A stretch of DNA of 64,000 nucleotides. It comes from Chloroflexota bacterium. GTDB taxonomy: Bacteria > Chloroflexota > Limnocylindria > P2-11E. The stretch is from contig VBIL01000168.1 in the NCBI GenBank assembly GCA_005879975.1, positions 2,119 through 66,118 of the forward strand. Direction: 5' to 3'. The translations under genes and the position numbers were made by a program. The notes beneath the pieces were generated by a model that was given only the letters and a program-made list of their open reading frames with translations, did not search any database and had not been told where the DNA came from. Shown here in pieces: positions 8,881 through 17,980 of the stretch; the stretch's first letter is position 1; every line of letters begins with the position of its first letter.

Positions 8881-9848
8881 ACGCGTTCTCGTACGCGCGA
8901 CCGCGCACCCTCGCCGACGCGCTACGGCTTCTGCGAAACGGCGCCGCGGCGCTTGCCGGCGGCACGGACCTGGTCGGCCTCATGAAGGACGGCCTTACGC
9001 GGCCGACGACGCTCGTCGATCTCACCGGCATCGACGGGCTGCGCGGCTGGTCGCACCCGAAGGGCCGCGGCATACGCATCGGCGCGCTGACGCCGCTCGT
9101 CGAGCTCGAGACGGATCAATCGCTCGCCAAGACGATGCCGATCCTCCGCGAGGCGCTCCGCGACGCCGCCACCGTGCAGCTCCGCACGATGGGCACGGTC
9201 GGCGGGAACCTGTTGCAGCGCAATCGGTGTTGGTACTTCCGCGACGAGGGCACGCCGTGCTGGCTCAAGGGCGGGACCCGCTGTTTCGCGGTCGACGGCG
9301 AGAACCGGTATCACGCGATCATCGGCGCACAAGAGTGCGTCATGGTCTCACCATCGGACCTCGTCCCTGCGCTCATCGCGTACGACGCCGAGATCGCGCT
9401 CACCAGCTCGCGCGGTCAGCGGAGCATGAAACTGATCGATCTCTTCGTCGCACCGCGCGGGCGCGAGCGGCGCGAGCACTCGCTTCGGCCAGGGGAGCTG
9501 ATCACCGAGGTACGCGTGCCCGAGGCAGCCCTCGCGCGGCGCGGCACGTATGTCAAGGCGATGGACCGGAAGGCGTGGAGCTTCGCGCTCGTCTCTATTG
9601 CCGCAGCGGCGAAGATCGAGCGCGGCGTTGCGCGCGACGTCCGTCTGGTCATGGGCGGCATCGCGCCGGTGCCGTGGCGCGTGATCGCGGCGGAGAAGGG
9701 CCTCGAGGGGAGCCCACTCGACGAAGCGGCCTGCGCCGACGCGGCCGATCGAATGCTCACCGGCGCGACGCCGCTGCGCGACAACGGCTACAAGGTGACG
9801 CTCGCTCGCGAGCTCGTGCGCCGCGCGCTCCGCTCGCTGGTCGCGTGA
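8877..9848 (+). CDS. FAD-binding medium subunit of an XDH/CODH-family molybdenum hydroxylase (CoxM-like)
   Basis: The N-terminus has the FAD-binding PCMH motif (AGGTDLVGLMK). The 323 aa length and the position after the L subunit fit CoxM, and the start overlaps the L-subunit stop. Confidence 0.85.
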   Translation: MNAFSYARPRTLADALRLLRNGAAALAGGTDLVGLMKDGLTRPTTLVDLTGIDGLRGWSHPKGRGIRIGALTPLVELETDQSLAKTMPILREALRDAATVQLRTMGTVGGNLLQRNRCWYFRDEGTPCWLKGGTRCFAVDGENRYHAIIGAQECVMVSPSDLVPALIAYDAEIALTSSRGQRSMKLIDLFVAPRGRERREHSLRPGELITEVRVPEAALARRGTYVKAMDRKAWSFALVSIAAAAKIERGVARDVRLVMGGIAPVPWRVIAAEKGLEGSPLDEAACADAADRMLTGATPLRDNGYKVTLARELVRRALRSLVA

Positions 9849-10627
9849 TCGTCGCTGAGCGCGCCCTTGTCGAGGCCATCGAATCCACGCTCTTCATCTA
9901 TCCGGCGGTGCCCGGGCTGCTCCAGGAGCTCGGCATACCTGGGCTTCGCGGGCGCATCACGAAGATCTCGCATCCGCTCGCGAATCTCTGCGGCGACGCC
10001 CGATTCTCCGAACACGAGGCCGACGCACTCGTCGAAAAGGTGCGGCAGCGGTACGGAGACCACGCATTCGGCTGGGTCACCGGTCCCTCGACCAGGCCAG
10101 CCGATCTCCCGAAGCGCCTGGAGACGGCCGGGCTCGCGCGCGCGGACAGCATCGCGGGCCTGGCGCTGACGGATCTGGACGCGCCGATCCCGGTGAACCC
10201 GCAGGCGCAGGTGCGCGAGATCACATGGCAGGACGCGATCGCGAGGAGCGAGATGATGGCGCGCGCCTACGGACTTCCCACGGAAGTCATGCGTCTCTTC
10301 AACGAGATGCTCGCCGCGATGAGCCCTCGGATCAAAGCGCGCGCGTACATCGCGGATCTGGGCGATGACTCGCCCGCCGCATGGAGCTACCTCGTCTACC
10401 TTCCCGATTCGCCAACGGTCCTCTTGGGCGGCGCGGGGACCCTCGAAGAGCATCGCGGGAAGGGTCTGTACACGGCGCTTGTCGCGCGACGGGTCGCCGA
10501 TGCACGAGCGGATGGCCGTACGGCGGCGATCATCCAGGCCGACCGTCGGACCTCGGCACCGATCGCCGCGAAGCTCGGGTTCCACGAGCTCTGCGGCCTC
10601 GAGTTCTTCGCGTCCTCCGGCGGGTAG
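9845..10627 (+). CDS. GNAT-family N-acetyltransferase
   Basis: The C-terminus has an acetyl-CoA binding motif (GGAGTLEEHRGKGLYTALVARRVADARADG). The start is a GTG at 9845 that overlaps the coxM stop. The upstream part of the long 8840..10627 track ORF is a spurious frame. Confidence 0.6.
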   Translation: MIVAERALVEAIESTLFIYPAVPGLLQELGIPGLRGRITKISHPLANLCGDARFSEHEADALVEKVRQRYGDHAFGWVTGPSTRPADLPKRLETAGLARADSIAGLALTDLDAPIPVNPQAQVREITWQDAIARSEMMARAYGLPTEVMRLFNEMLAAMSPRIKARAYIADLGDDSPAAWSYLVYLPDSPTVLLGGAGTLEEHRGKGLYTALVARRVADARADGRTAAIIQADRRTSAPIAAKLGFHELCGLEFFASSGG

Positions 10628-10629
10628 CG

Positions 10630-10910
10630 GATGGCCGTGCGGATCGGTGCGCCGCTCCGGCTCTTCCTTCGTGGTGGTCGCGTCCTATGCGGGCGAAGAT
10701 CGTGACCCGGCGTGGTGGAAAAACTTACGGACGCATCCGGAGGCCGAGGTGACGGCCGATGGGAAGCGCTTCAAGGTCCGCTCGCGTGAGAGCGACGGCG
10801 CCAGGCGCGAGCAGCTCTGGTCGCGCATCGTCCAGTTAGATCCGGCCTATGCGGAGTACCAGCGGCGGACGAAGCGCCGCCTCGCGGTGGTCGTACTCGA
10901 TGCGATCTAA
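10630..10910 (+). pseudogene. Remnant of a DUF385/deazaflavin-dependent nitroreductase-family gene (N-terminally truncated and frameshifted)
   Basis: Only the C-terminal ~85 aa read cleanly (VVVASYAGEDRDPAWWKNLRTHPEAEVTADGKRFKVRSRE...QLWSRIVQLDPAYAEYQRRTKRRLAVVVLD). The upstream part lies in a different frame (MAVRIGAPLRLFLRGG) and ends in a stop. The GNAT gene ends 3 nt upstream, leaving no room for the missing N-terminal ~50 aa. Confidence 0.4.
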
Positions 10911-11557
10911 GGCGTAAGCGAGCGCTGAAAATCGGCGAGGTCGTAAAGCTCGTCGGCGAGATCGCGATCGAAGTCTTCCGTGAAGGGCCTCCCGTCGATG
11001 AGCGGGCCGAAGTGGGCTGCGATCGGCGGGGGCAGCTCGGCCGTGTCGCGGAAGTTCGTGGGGATGTCCGCGAAGTACTCGACGACGTTCGCGTGATCGC
11101 CTTGGCGAAGGAATGACCCGGCGAGCCAGCCGCGGTATCGCGGGAAGTCTTTGACGATCCGGCGGCTCTCCGCAAGGACGCGTCGCAGCCGCGCGAAGCC
11201 GCGATCCTCGTCGGCGCGATAGCGCGGGTGGTTCCAGCACACGAAGTGGAAGAGCTCATGGCACGCCGAGAGTCGCACCTGACTCAGACCCTCGTAGGTC
11301 TCCACGCCGGCGGCGAGCCAGATCTCGTTGCGATCGGGCCAGTAGCCGCCTCCGCCGCGCTCGTCGTACCGATAGAAAGGACAGCGCTGCCCAAGCGCGC
11401 GGACCTCCTCCGGGAAGCCCGCGAGCGCGCGGTCGATCAGGACCGTGCCAGGCGTCACATAGAGGTACGTATGCGATTGCCAGAGCCGCTCGCGAAGACC
11501 AGCGAGATCGTGCGGCCGTAGCGTCCGCTCGGCGAAGGCCAGGACGACGTGGCCCAT
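10907..11557 (-). CDS. hypothetical protein with HExxH motif (putative zinc-dependent hydrolase)
   Basis: The ORF contains ACHELFHFVCWNHP. I take the start as the ATG (MGHVVLAF) about 11557; the upstream part of the track ORF is low-complexity and overlaps the sigma gene end. Confidence 0.4.
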   Translation of the reverse strand: MGHVVLAFAERTLRPHDLAGLRERLWQSHTYLYVTPGTVLIDRALAGFPEEVRALGQRCPFYRYDERGGGGYWPDRNEIWLAAGVETYEGLSQVRLSACHELFHFVCWNHPRYRADEDRGFARLRRVLAESRRIVKDFPRYRGWLAGSFLRQGDHANVVEYFADIPTNFRDTAELPPPIAAHFGPLIDGRPFTEDFDRDLADELYDLADFQRSLTP

Positions 11558-11615
11558 CGCGTTCGGAACGGCCGCGCGGCGCAGCTCGGTATGCGGTGCG
11601 GTCACCGCCCCGACG

Positions 11616-12797
11616 TTAGCCGAGACGCGAAGAAAGCAGTGCGCGCTCCGCGGGGTTCTCGGTGAGCTCGAGCGCGCGCTGGTCCGCCGCCCGAGCCTCG
11701 TCGGCGCGACCGAGCGCGCGCAGGAGCTCCGCCCGCGTCGCGTGGTAGAGGTGGTATCGGTCAAGATCCTCGGCGAGCGCGAAGAGCTCAAGGTATGCCT
11801 GCTCCGCGCCGCTGACGTGCCAGAGCGCGATCGCTCGGTTCAGCCGCACGACCGGCGAGTCGTTGATCGCGAGCAGCGCGTCGTACGAGCGAAGGATGTC
11901 CGGCCAGCGCGTCGCCTCCCAGGTCTTCGCGTCGGCATGAGCGCCGGCGATCAGGGCCTGCAGCTGGTACGCGCCGGGACGCTGCATCGTCAGGAATCGA
12001 CCGACGATGGAGAAGGTCTCATCGATCCGCCGGCGATCCCATCTCGAGCGGTCCTGATCCTGCAGCAGGATCATCCGGCCACTCGTGTCGAACCTCGCGT
12101 CGGCCCGCGCGAGATTGAAGCGCATGAGCGCAAGCAGCCCGAGCACCTCGGGTTCCTCGGGCATGAGAGCCGTCAGCAGTGATGTGAGCCATTCGGCTTC
12201 CTTCGCGAGGTCGCGGTCGCTGGCGCCGCGCTGTCCAGTGGCGAGGTAGCCCTCGTTGAACATGAGGTACAGCACGGCAAGCACCTCCTCGATCCGTTCG
12301 GGCAGCTCCTCGCGGTCCGGAACGCGGAACGGGATCCTCGCGTCCACGATCTTGCGTTTTGCCCGGACGAGCCGCTGCGCGATCGTCGACTCGGTCGCGA
12401 GGTACGCGCGGGCGATCTCCGCGGTGGTGAGACCAGCGACCGAACGCAGCGTGAGCGCGACCTGCGCCTCGCGCGCCAGCGCAGGATGGCAGCAGGTAAA
12501 GATGAGCTCGAGACGCTCGTCCGGAAGGACCGCGCTCGGCGGACTCATCGGTGGCTCCTCCAGCTCGGCAAGCTTCTCCTGATAGCGCTTCTCGCGCCGC
12601 AGCCGATCGATACCTTTGCGGCGCGCGGTCGTCATCAGCCAGGCGCCGGGGTTTTGCGGGATGCCCTCACGCGGCCAGTGCTCGAGCGCCGACACGAGCG
12701 CATCCTGCACGCACTCTTCGGCGAGGTCGAAGTCTCCGAGCCGCTTGACGAGCGCCGCGGTGAGCCGGCCGGCCTCCTCGTGGAAGACCGCGGCCAC
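11616..12797 (-). CDS. Sigma-70 family (ECF-like) RNA polymerase sigma factor with long C-terminal extension (~220 aa)
   Basis: Region 2 ([18 protein letters not shown]) and region 4 HTH ([29 protein letters not shown]) are followed by an extended helical C-terminal domain. Two YciI-like genes lie directly upstream on the same strand. Confidence 0.8.
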   Translation of the reverse strand: MAAVFHEEAGRLTAALVKRLGDFDLAEECVQDALVSALEHWPREGIPQNPGAWLMTTARRKGIDRLRREKRYQEKLAELEEPPMSPPSAVLPDERLELIFTCCHPALAREAQVALTLRSVAGLTTAEIARAYLATESTIAQRLVRAKRKIVDARIPFRVPDREELPERIEEVLAVLYLMFNEGYLATGQRGASDRDLAKEAEWLTSLLTALMPEEPEVLGLLALMRFNLARADARFDTSGRMILLQDQDRSRWDRRRIDETFSIVGRFLTMQRPGAYQLQALIAGAHADAKTWEATRWPDILRSYDALLAINDSPVVRLNRAIALWHVSGAEQAYLELFALAEDLDRYHLYHATRAELLRALGRADEARAADQRALELTENPAERALLSSRLG

Positions 12798-12820
12798 CGC
12801 GTCGCTCGTGATGTTCGCGC

Positions 12821-13159
12821 TCAGTGCACGACGATCGGGCGCACCTCGACGTTGCCGCCCGGCCAGCTCTTCGCGACCCTGATCGCGGCATCGAGGTCTG
12901 GGACCTCGATCATCCCGAAGCCACCGATGTGCTCTTTCGACTCGATGAAGGGTCCCTCGGTGACCTTCATCGTCCCGTTGACGCGCCGGACGGTCGTGGC
13001 CGTCCGCATGGGCTGCAGCTCACCGCCGCCCTTGAGGATCCCCTTCTGCGAGAGGTCCTCCCACCACTTGCCGATCGCAGCGTAGGCGGGCGCCTTCACT
13101 TCCTTGGGCTGGTCTTTCCAACCTTGTTGCTCGAGGAGCAGGAGGACGTACTGCGCCAT
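12821..13159 (-). CDS. YciI-like (DGPF domain) protein
   Basis: The 112 aa protein has the [15 protein letters not shown] core of the YCII-related family. Confidence 0.75.
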   Translation of the reverse strand: MAQYVLLLLEQQGWKDQPKEVKAPAYAAIGKWWEDLSQKGILKGGGELQPMRTATTVRRVNGTMKVTEGPFIESKEHIGGFGMIEVPDLDAAIRVAKSWPGGNVEVRPIVVH

Positions 13160-13161
13160 CT

Positions 13162-13509
13162 CTATCGCTCACTTTCCTCGACGATCCGTCGGATCTCGAT
13201 CCCGTGTCCGGGCCATGTCTTTGCGAGTGCGACGGCGGCCTCCTTGTTCGGCAGCTCGAGGATCGAGAAGCCGCCCACCGACTCTTTGGCCTCGATAAAA
13301 GGTCCGTCCACGACCGTCGTCTTGCCGGTCGTCTTGCGGATGGTCGTCGCCGTCCGCGTCGGCTGCAGCTCGGCGCCGCCGTCGATGATCTTGTTGCCGT
13401 TCGTCTCGAACCACTTGAAGATGTCCGCGTACACCTTCTGCTGGTCGGGTGTGGGCGCGGCCTGGTAGTCGACGCCGTCGTCGAGAAATAGAAATGCGTA
13501 TCTCGCCAT
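13162..13509 (-). CDS. YciI-like (DGPF domain) protein, tandem paralog
   Basis: The 115 aa protein (VDGPFIEAKESVGGF) is about 45% identical to the adjacent paralog. The ribosome-binding site is GAGGGAG upstream of the ATG. Confidence 0.75.
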   Translation of the reverse strand: MARYAFLFLDDGVDYQAAPTPDQQKVYADIFKWFETNGNKIIDGGAELQPTRTATTIRKTTGKTTVVDGPFIEAKESVGGFSILELPNKEAAVALAKTWPGHGIEIRRIVEESER

Positions 13510-13576
13510 TGGGGTCTCCCTCTTCTTGTCCGGTTCTTACCAGTACGACGAACGGCATGTGCCCGTCTAGACAGTT

Positions 13577-14191
13577 CTAGCGCCCCAGGTGCGCCGGCGG
13601 CCAGCCGCCTTCCGGCACCTGGCCCTCGCCGCGCTCGAGTGCGAGGAGGCGACGCTTCGCCGGAAGCCCGCCGGCATAGCCGCCGAGGCTCCCGTCGCTT
13701 GCCACGACGCGGTGGCACGGGATGACGATCGGGATCGGGTTTGAGCCGATCGCTCCCCCGGCGGCGCGCGAGGCCTGCTCGTTCCCAGCCCGCCGCGCGA
13801 CCTGCCGGTACGTGGTGAGCTCGCCGTAGGGCACGAGCGCGGTGGCGGCGAGCACGCGCCGCTGGAATGGCGTGAGCGGCGTGAGGTCGACGTCGAGATC
13901 GAACGAGCGCCGGCGGTGGGCGAAGTACTGGTCGAGCTCGGTCAGCACGCGGTCGCAGCTCCGCCGGTCGGGAAGGACGGCCGGGCCGTACGTGCGCGAG
14001 ATCCGCGCGAGGTCGCGGGGATCGGGCTTCGCGCCGTAGTGGATGGCGAGCACCCCGCGAGGACCCACCGCTATCCAGAGCGGGCCGAGCAGCGAGTCCA
14101 TCACGTCGTAACCGACCGAGACGAGCCCTTCACGCTTCGCTCGGGCGATCAGCCGTTCGCGGGCCTCGCTGACCAGCGGTTCGATCGTCAT
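13577..14191 (-). CDS. ogt: Methylated-DNA--protein-cysteine methyltransferase (O6-alkylguanine-DNA alkyltransferase)
   Basis: The protein carries the active-site PCHRVV motif (IVIPCHRVVASDGSLGGY). The start ATG at 14189-14191 overlaps the stop of the upstream sigma gene (ATGA). The upstream portion of the track ORF is a spurious extension. Confidence 0.85.
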   Translation of the reverse strand: MTIEPLVSEARERLIARAKREGLVSVGYDVMDSLLGPLWIAVGPRGVLAIHYGAKPDPRDLARISRTYGPAVLPDRRSCDRVLTELDQYFAHRRRSFDLDVDLTPLTPFQRRVLAATALVPYGELTTYRQVARRAGNEQASRAAGGAIGSNPIPIVIPCHRVVASDGSLGGYAGGLPAKRRLLALERGEGQVPEGGWPPAHLGR

Positions 14192-14637
14192 CGCACGGCC
14201 TCCTTCAGTTTCTTCATCGCTTCGGCGACGCGAGAACGCGCGGCCTCCTCGCTGCATCCCAAGACGTCGGCCACTTCCGCGTACGAGTGGCCCTCGACCT
14301 TCCGCAGCACGAACGCCGCGCGCTGTCCGGTCGGAAGCGCCCGAACCGCGGTTTTGAGGTCCATCAGCGTGACGCCATCGCGCTCGGGAGCGGCCAGGCG
14401 TAGGTCCGCGAGCGGCACGATTCGGCGCGAGCGCCGTCCGCGATCGATCGCCTTGTTCGTCGCGATTCGGTAGAGCCACGCGCGCTCGTTCCCGGCGCGC
14501 GGCGGCGGCCATGATCGGAACGCGGCGAGGAACGTGTCCTGATAGAGATCGTCCGCGTCCACGCGGTTCCCGGAAAGCCGAAGCACGTACGCGAAGATCT
14601 CGCGCTCAAAGCGCTCGAGGAGCTCGCCGAAGGTCAC
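14188..14637 (-). CDS. ECF-subfamily sigma-70 factor (149 aa)
   Basis: The protein has sigma region 2 (DADDLYQDTFLAAFRSW) and region 4 (SYAEVADVLGCSEEAARSRVAEAMKKL). Confidence 0.75.
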   Translation of the reverse strand: MTFGELLERFEREIFAYVLRLSGNRVDADDLYQDTFLAAFRSWPPPRAGNERAWLYRIATNKAIDRGRRSRRIVPLADLRLAAPERDGVTLMDLKTAVRALPTGQRAAFVLRKVEGHSYAEVADVLGCSEEAARSRVAEAMKKLKEAVR

Positions 14638-14708
14638 GGCGCCGATCTCACGACGATAGAACGGTGGGAGTGGAGTCGATGTGAGATGCCGACGGAGCGC
14701 CGCGGCAG

Positions 14709-15194
14709 CTAGCGGCGCAGCTCGAAGATGATCTCCCCGTCGACAACCTGACCCGTTCGCGCGAATCCGAGCTTGTTGTGCACGCGAAGCGAAGGCGCGT
14801 TGTCCGGGGTCGTTGACGAGATGAACCGCCGGATCCCGCGCTCGGTCGCCGCCCAGTTCATGAGGGCGCGTGCCGTCTCTGTCGCGTACCCCCTACGGCG
14901 ATGATTCGGAAAGACGGTCCACCCGAGCTCGACGGCGTCGGGTGCCCCGACGTCGTTCGATCCGGGTGGTCCGTGAAAGTTCACGAAGCCGATCATCCGG
15001 CGCGTGTCCCGAAGCACGATCGCGCGGAGCAGCCACGGCGATCGAGAGGGGTCGTGCGTGAGCTGCTCGCGGCGGAATCGGAGGAGCGCGAGCGCACCGG
15101 CGGTGGGAAAGCTCGCCGGCACGCGGTAGTCCGCGAGCCGGTCGACCGCGGCGCGGTCCTGTGCGATGAAAGCGTCGATCAGCGGAATCGGCAT
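14709..15194 (-). CDS. GNAT-family N-acetyltransferase (RimL-like)
   Basis: The ORF shows a GNAT fold signature (VELGWTVFPNHRRRGYATETARALMNWA). The start is the ATG (MPIPLIDAF). The upstream part of the track ORF overlaps xdhC and is spurious. Confidence 0.7.
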   Translation of the reverse strand: MPIPLIDAFIAQDRAAVDRLADYRVPASFPTAGALALLRFRREQLTHDPSRSPWLLRAIVLRDTRRMIGFVNFHGPPGSNDVGAPDAVELGWTVFPNHRRRGYATETARALMNWAATERGIRRFISSTTPDNAPSLRVHNKLGFARTGQVVDGEIIFELRR

Positions 15195-15250
15195 GAGAAC
15201 GAGATCGAGCCGCTCGCTGCGCACGACCGCGTCGACGGTCTTCGCGGTGG

Positions 15251-16366
15251 CTAGTCCCGTCGGCTGATGATCCGCTCGAAGAGCTCGTCCGAGAGACGGA
15301 GCGGCTTGCCCGAGCCGCCATAGCGCTCCAGCGAGAGCTCGGCAAGCACGGAGAGCGCGATCTCCGCGGGGGTGCGTCCACCCAGATCGAGTCCGATCGG
15401 CGCGTGGACCGCGCGGATGCGCTCTTCGCTCACGCCTTCGTCTCGGAGCATCTGCGCGATGAGGATCGTCTTCCGCTTGCTGCCAAGGAGACCCACGTAG
15501 CGCGCTTCCGTCTTCACGGCGGCGCGAAGGCAGTGCGAGTCGAGCTTGTGGCCCCGCGTGCAGATGACGATGAAGGTGTTCCATCCGATCGGCATCGTCT
15601 CGAGGGCCTTGACCATGTCCATGTTCACGACCTCGCTCGCGCCCGGGAAACGTTCGCGGGTCGCGAATTCGGCACGGTCGTCGAGAACCGCCACCTCGTA
15701 CTCGAGCTGCACTCCGAGCTTCGCGATCGCCAGGCCGACGTGACCGCCCCCGACGAGGACGAGGCGCGGCTTGGCCATGACCGGCTCGACGAGCAGCTCT
15801 GTTTCATCGTCGAGCGCAATGATGCGTGCGGTGCCCTGTCTGAGGGCATCTCTCGCCACGGCCCGAGCCCGCGCGTCGAGGGCCGCATCGCCGAGCGTCC
15901 CTCCGCCTTTGGCGTCGGTCTCGACGAAGAGCTTTCCCGCGGCGACCACATCCTTCCCACGCTTGCGCATCAGCGTGGCGACGGCGACCGGCTTCCCGCC
16001 GGCGGACGCGGCGAGGACGTCTCCGAGGAGGTCTCTCCCCGCGAAGCGCAGCACGCGCTCGCCTGGTTCGATCGATATCCACATCGTTCCGCCGCAAACA
16101 AGGCCGGTGTCCCACGCGAGCTCCTCGGTGAGCTCGTACTCGCGGAGCGACGGTTCGTTCGTCTCGATGACCCGCTTCGCCTCGACGGAAGCGTCGCCCT
16201 CGACGCACCCGCCACCGAGGGTGCCGACGAGCCGGCCGAGGTCGTCGACGAGCAGCTTCGCGCCCACGACCTGGGGCGTGCTGCCTACGGTCCTCACGAC
16301 CGTGGCCACCGCGAAGCGGCGCCCTTCGCGCTCGAGCTCGGCCATCCGGGCGAAGATCTCCCGCAC
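15251..16366 (-). CDS. xdhC: XdhC/CoxI-family molybdenum-hydroxylase maturation/accessory factor
   Basis: The 371 aa protein has an N-terminal XdhC_CoxI domain (FAVATVVRTVGSTPQVVGAKLLV) and a C-terminal Rossmann-like domain (RLVLVGGGHVGLAIAKL). Confidence 0.8.
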   Translation of the reverse strand: MREIFARMAELEREGRRFAVATVVRTVGSTPQVVGAKLLVDDLGRLVGTLGGGCVEGDASVEAKRVIETNEPSLREYELTEELAWDTGLVCGGTMWISIEPGERVLRFAGRDLLGDVLAASAGGKPVAVATLMRKRGKDVVAAGKLFVETDAKGGGTLGDAALDARARAVARDALRQGTARIIALDDETELLVEPVMAKPRLVLVGGGHVGLAIAKLGVQLEYEVAVLDDRAEFATRERFPGASEVVNMDMVKALETMPIGWNTFIVICTRGHKLDSHCLRAAVKTEARYVGLLGSKRKTILIAQMLRDEGVSEERIRAVHAPIGLDLGGRTPAEIALSVLAELSLERYGGSGKPLRLSDELFERIISRRD

Positions 16367-16396
16367 GGACCCAGTATCCGCCGTTCGTCGAGGCCG

Positions 16397-16801
16397 CTAG
16401 ATCGGCGCCAAGCTGTCGAAGCGCCCGGCCAGCTCGGCGGCGCCAAGTACGAGCACGGTCTTCTTCGCGGCGATGATCGTCCGTACGAAGCGGACGATCG
16501 CGTCCTTGTCCTCATCGGTTAGGCAGCTGGCGGGGAGGGCCAGGATCGCCGCTTCCCAGTCGGGGAGCGACCTCGTCTCGCCGGCATACCAGCGCGGGTC
16601 GGCGAGGTGGCGGAGCGAGACCTCGAGGGCGTTCGCGAGCCGCTCGACGAGCTCGATGCCGGGGTCGGCGATCTCGCCCGCCTCGAGCCGGCTGATGTAG
16701 CCCTTGTCCACTCCCGCGATGTCGGCGAGGGCCTGCTGCGTGAGCTTGCGGTGCCTTCGGAAACGCCGTACCCGATCGCCGACGCCCTCCTCGTTCATCA
16801 C
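16397..16801 (-). CDS. XRE-family helix-turn-helix transcriptional regulator
   Basis: The N-terminus has an HTH_3 motif (LTQQALADIAGVDKGYISRLEAG). The gene is divergent from the Tat-CoxS cluster. Confidence 0.7.
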   Translation of the reverse strand: MMNEEGVGDRVRRFRRHRKLTQQALADIAGVDKGYISRLEAGEIADPGIELVERLANALEVSLRHLADPRWYAGETRSLPDWEAAILALPASCLTDEDKDAIVRFVRTIIAAKKTVLVLGAAELAGRFDSLAPI

Positions 16802-16882
16802 GGTGACCTCCAGAGTTTCCCACCAGCCAAGACGTCAAGCCTGGCCCTGATCGTCCGGACTGCAGCTAGTTGAGCAAGCCAC

Positions 16883-16900
16883 AACCATGTTGTCTGGTTG
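16883..16900. promoter_or_regulatory. Inverted repeat (caacca-N6-tggttg) in the divergent XRE/coxS intergenic region; candidate operator
   Basis: A 6 bp arm palindrome with a 6 bp spacer lies between divergent genes, about 85 bp upstream of the coxS start. Confidence 0.2.
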
Positions 16901-16985
16901 CCTGCCTGGACTGCCGAGCGGCCCCCTTCTGTACAGGCTGATACTGTGGCCGCGCTTTCCGCACAGAATCAAGGGGGTGAACCTA

Positions 16986-17968
16986 TGGGGGAAGCGGGAG
17001 GACACACTCCATCCCAAGCTGAACAGAAATCGTTTGCCGAGCGCGCAAAACTAACAGTCACCAGACGCGACTTCCTCATCGGAGCTGGAGCAGGCGCAGT
17101 CACAGCCGGCGTCGTCCTCGGTGGTGCCGCCGTCGCCACCAAAGCGATCAGCCCGTCACCCTCAACCTCGAGCGGGGGCACCGCCACCGCGAATCTCAGT
17201 GCGCTGCCCGCGACGATGCGTCGCGTCGAGCTCAAGATCGATGGGGTCACGCACAACGTCGTCGTCGACAACCGCGAGAGCCTCTGGGAGACGATGAACT
17301 TCCAGCTCGGTCTTTCGAACTCGAATCTCGGGTGCGACCGCGCGCAATGCGGCGCGTGCGCGGTGCTCGTCGACGGCAAGGCCGTGAACGGCTGCACCGT
17401 TCTCTCGGCGCGGCTCGGCCGCGGTCAGGAGATCAAGACCGTCGCGAGCCTCACGACCGGTCCCGGCGTCGCCGGACTTCATCCGATCCAGCGTGCGTTC
17501 TGGCTCGATGGTGGATTCCAGTGCGGCATCTGCACGCGCGGCTTCATCATGTCGACGGTCTCGCTGCTCGCGGTGAACCCGAAGCCATCGGCCGTGCAGA
17601 TCGCGGAAGGGCTTTCGGGAAACATCTGCCGTTGCGGCGAGTACGCCAAGATCTTCACCGCGGTCAACACCGCTGCCGCCGAGATGCGTGGCGAGAAGGT
17701 GACCCACCTTGCCGCCCCGATCGTCGTCGAGGCCACCGGTGTCGAGGCCGCGCCGACCGCGCAAGCCCTCTCCAAAGAGTTCACTTTCGTCAACCCGCTC
17801 GGGACCATCGAGGACGTAGACCCACTCGTAGCGGCCCTGAAGCTCAAGACCGGGATCCTCGATGCAAGCGCCAGCGAGCGGACCGTAACCGTCAAGTGGG
17901 ACTCCTCGAAGCTCAACGAGCAGCAAGTCCGCGACATCCTTGCCGGTATGGGCAAGGCAGTCAGGTAG
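16986..17968 (+). CDS. Tat-signal (2Fe-2S)-binding small subunit of an XDH-family molybdenum hydroxylase, with ~100 aa C-terminal extension
   Basis: A twin-arginine signal (TRRDFLIGAGAGAVTAGVVLGGAAVA) precedes the CoxS core (CDRAQCGACAV, CGICTRGFIMS, NICRCGEYAKI). The C-terminus carries an extra ~100 aa. I take the ATG at 16986, preceded by GGGGGTGA, as the start. Confidence 0.85.
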
Positions 17969-17980
17969 GAGGGAGAAGCA

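Noticed and set aside
8840-9844. The upstream 335 codons of the 595 aa track ORF 8840..10627.
   Set aside because: That stretch runs out of frame across the coxM-like gene and is low-complexity. The real gene is the GNAT that starts at the GTG at 9845, coupled to the coxM stop.
16898-16985. The upstream 29 codons of the track ORF for the Tat small subunit.
   Set aside because: They have no ribosome-binding site. The ATG at 16986 has a GGGGGTGA Shine-Dalgarno and places the RR motif at a typical distance from the N-terminus.
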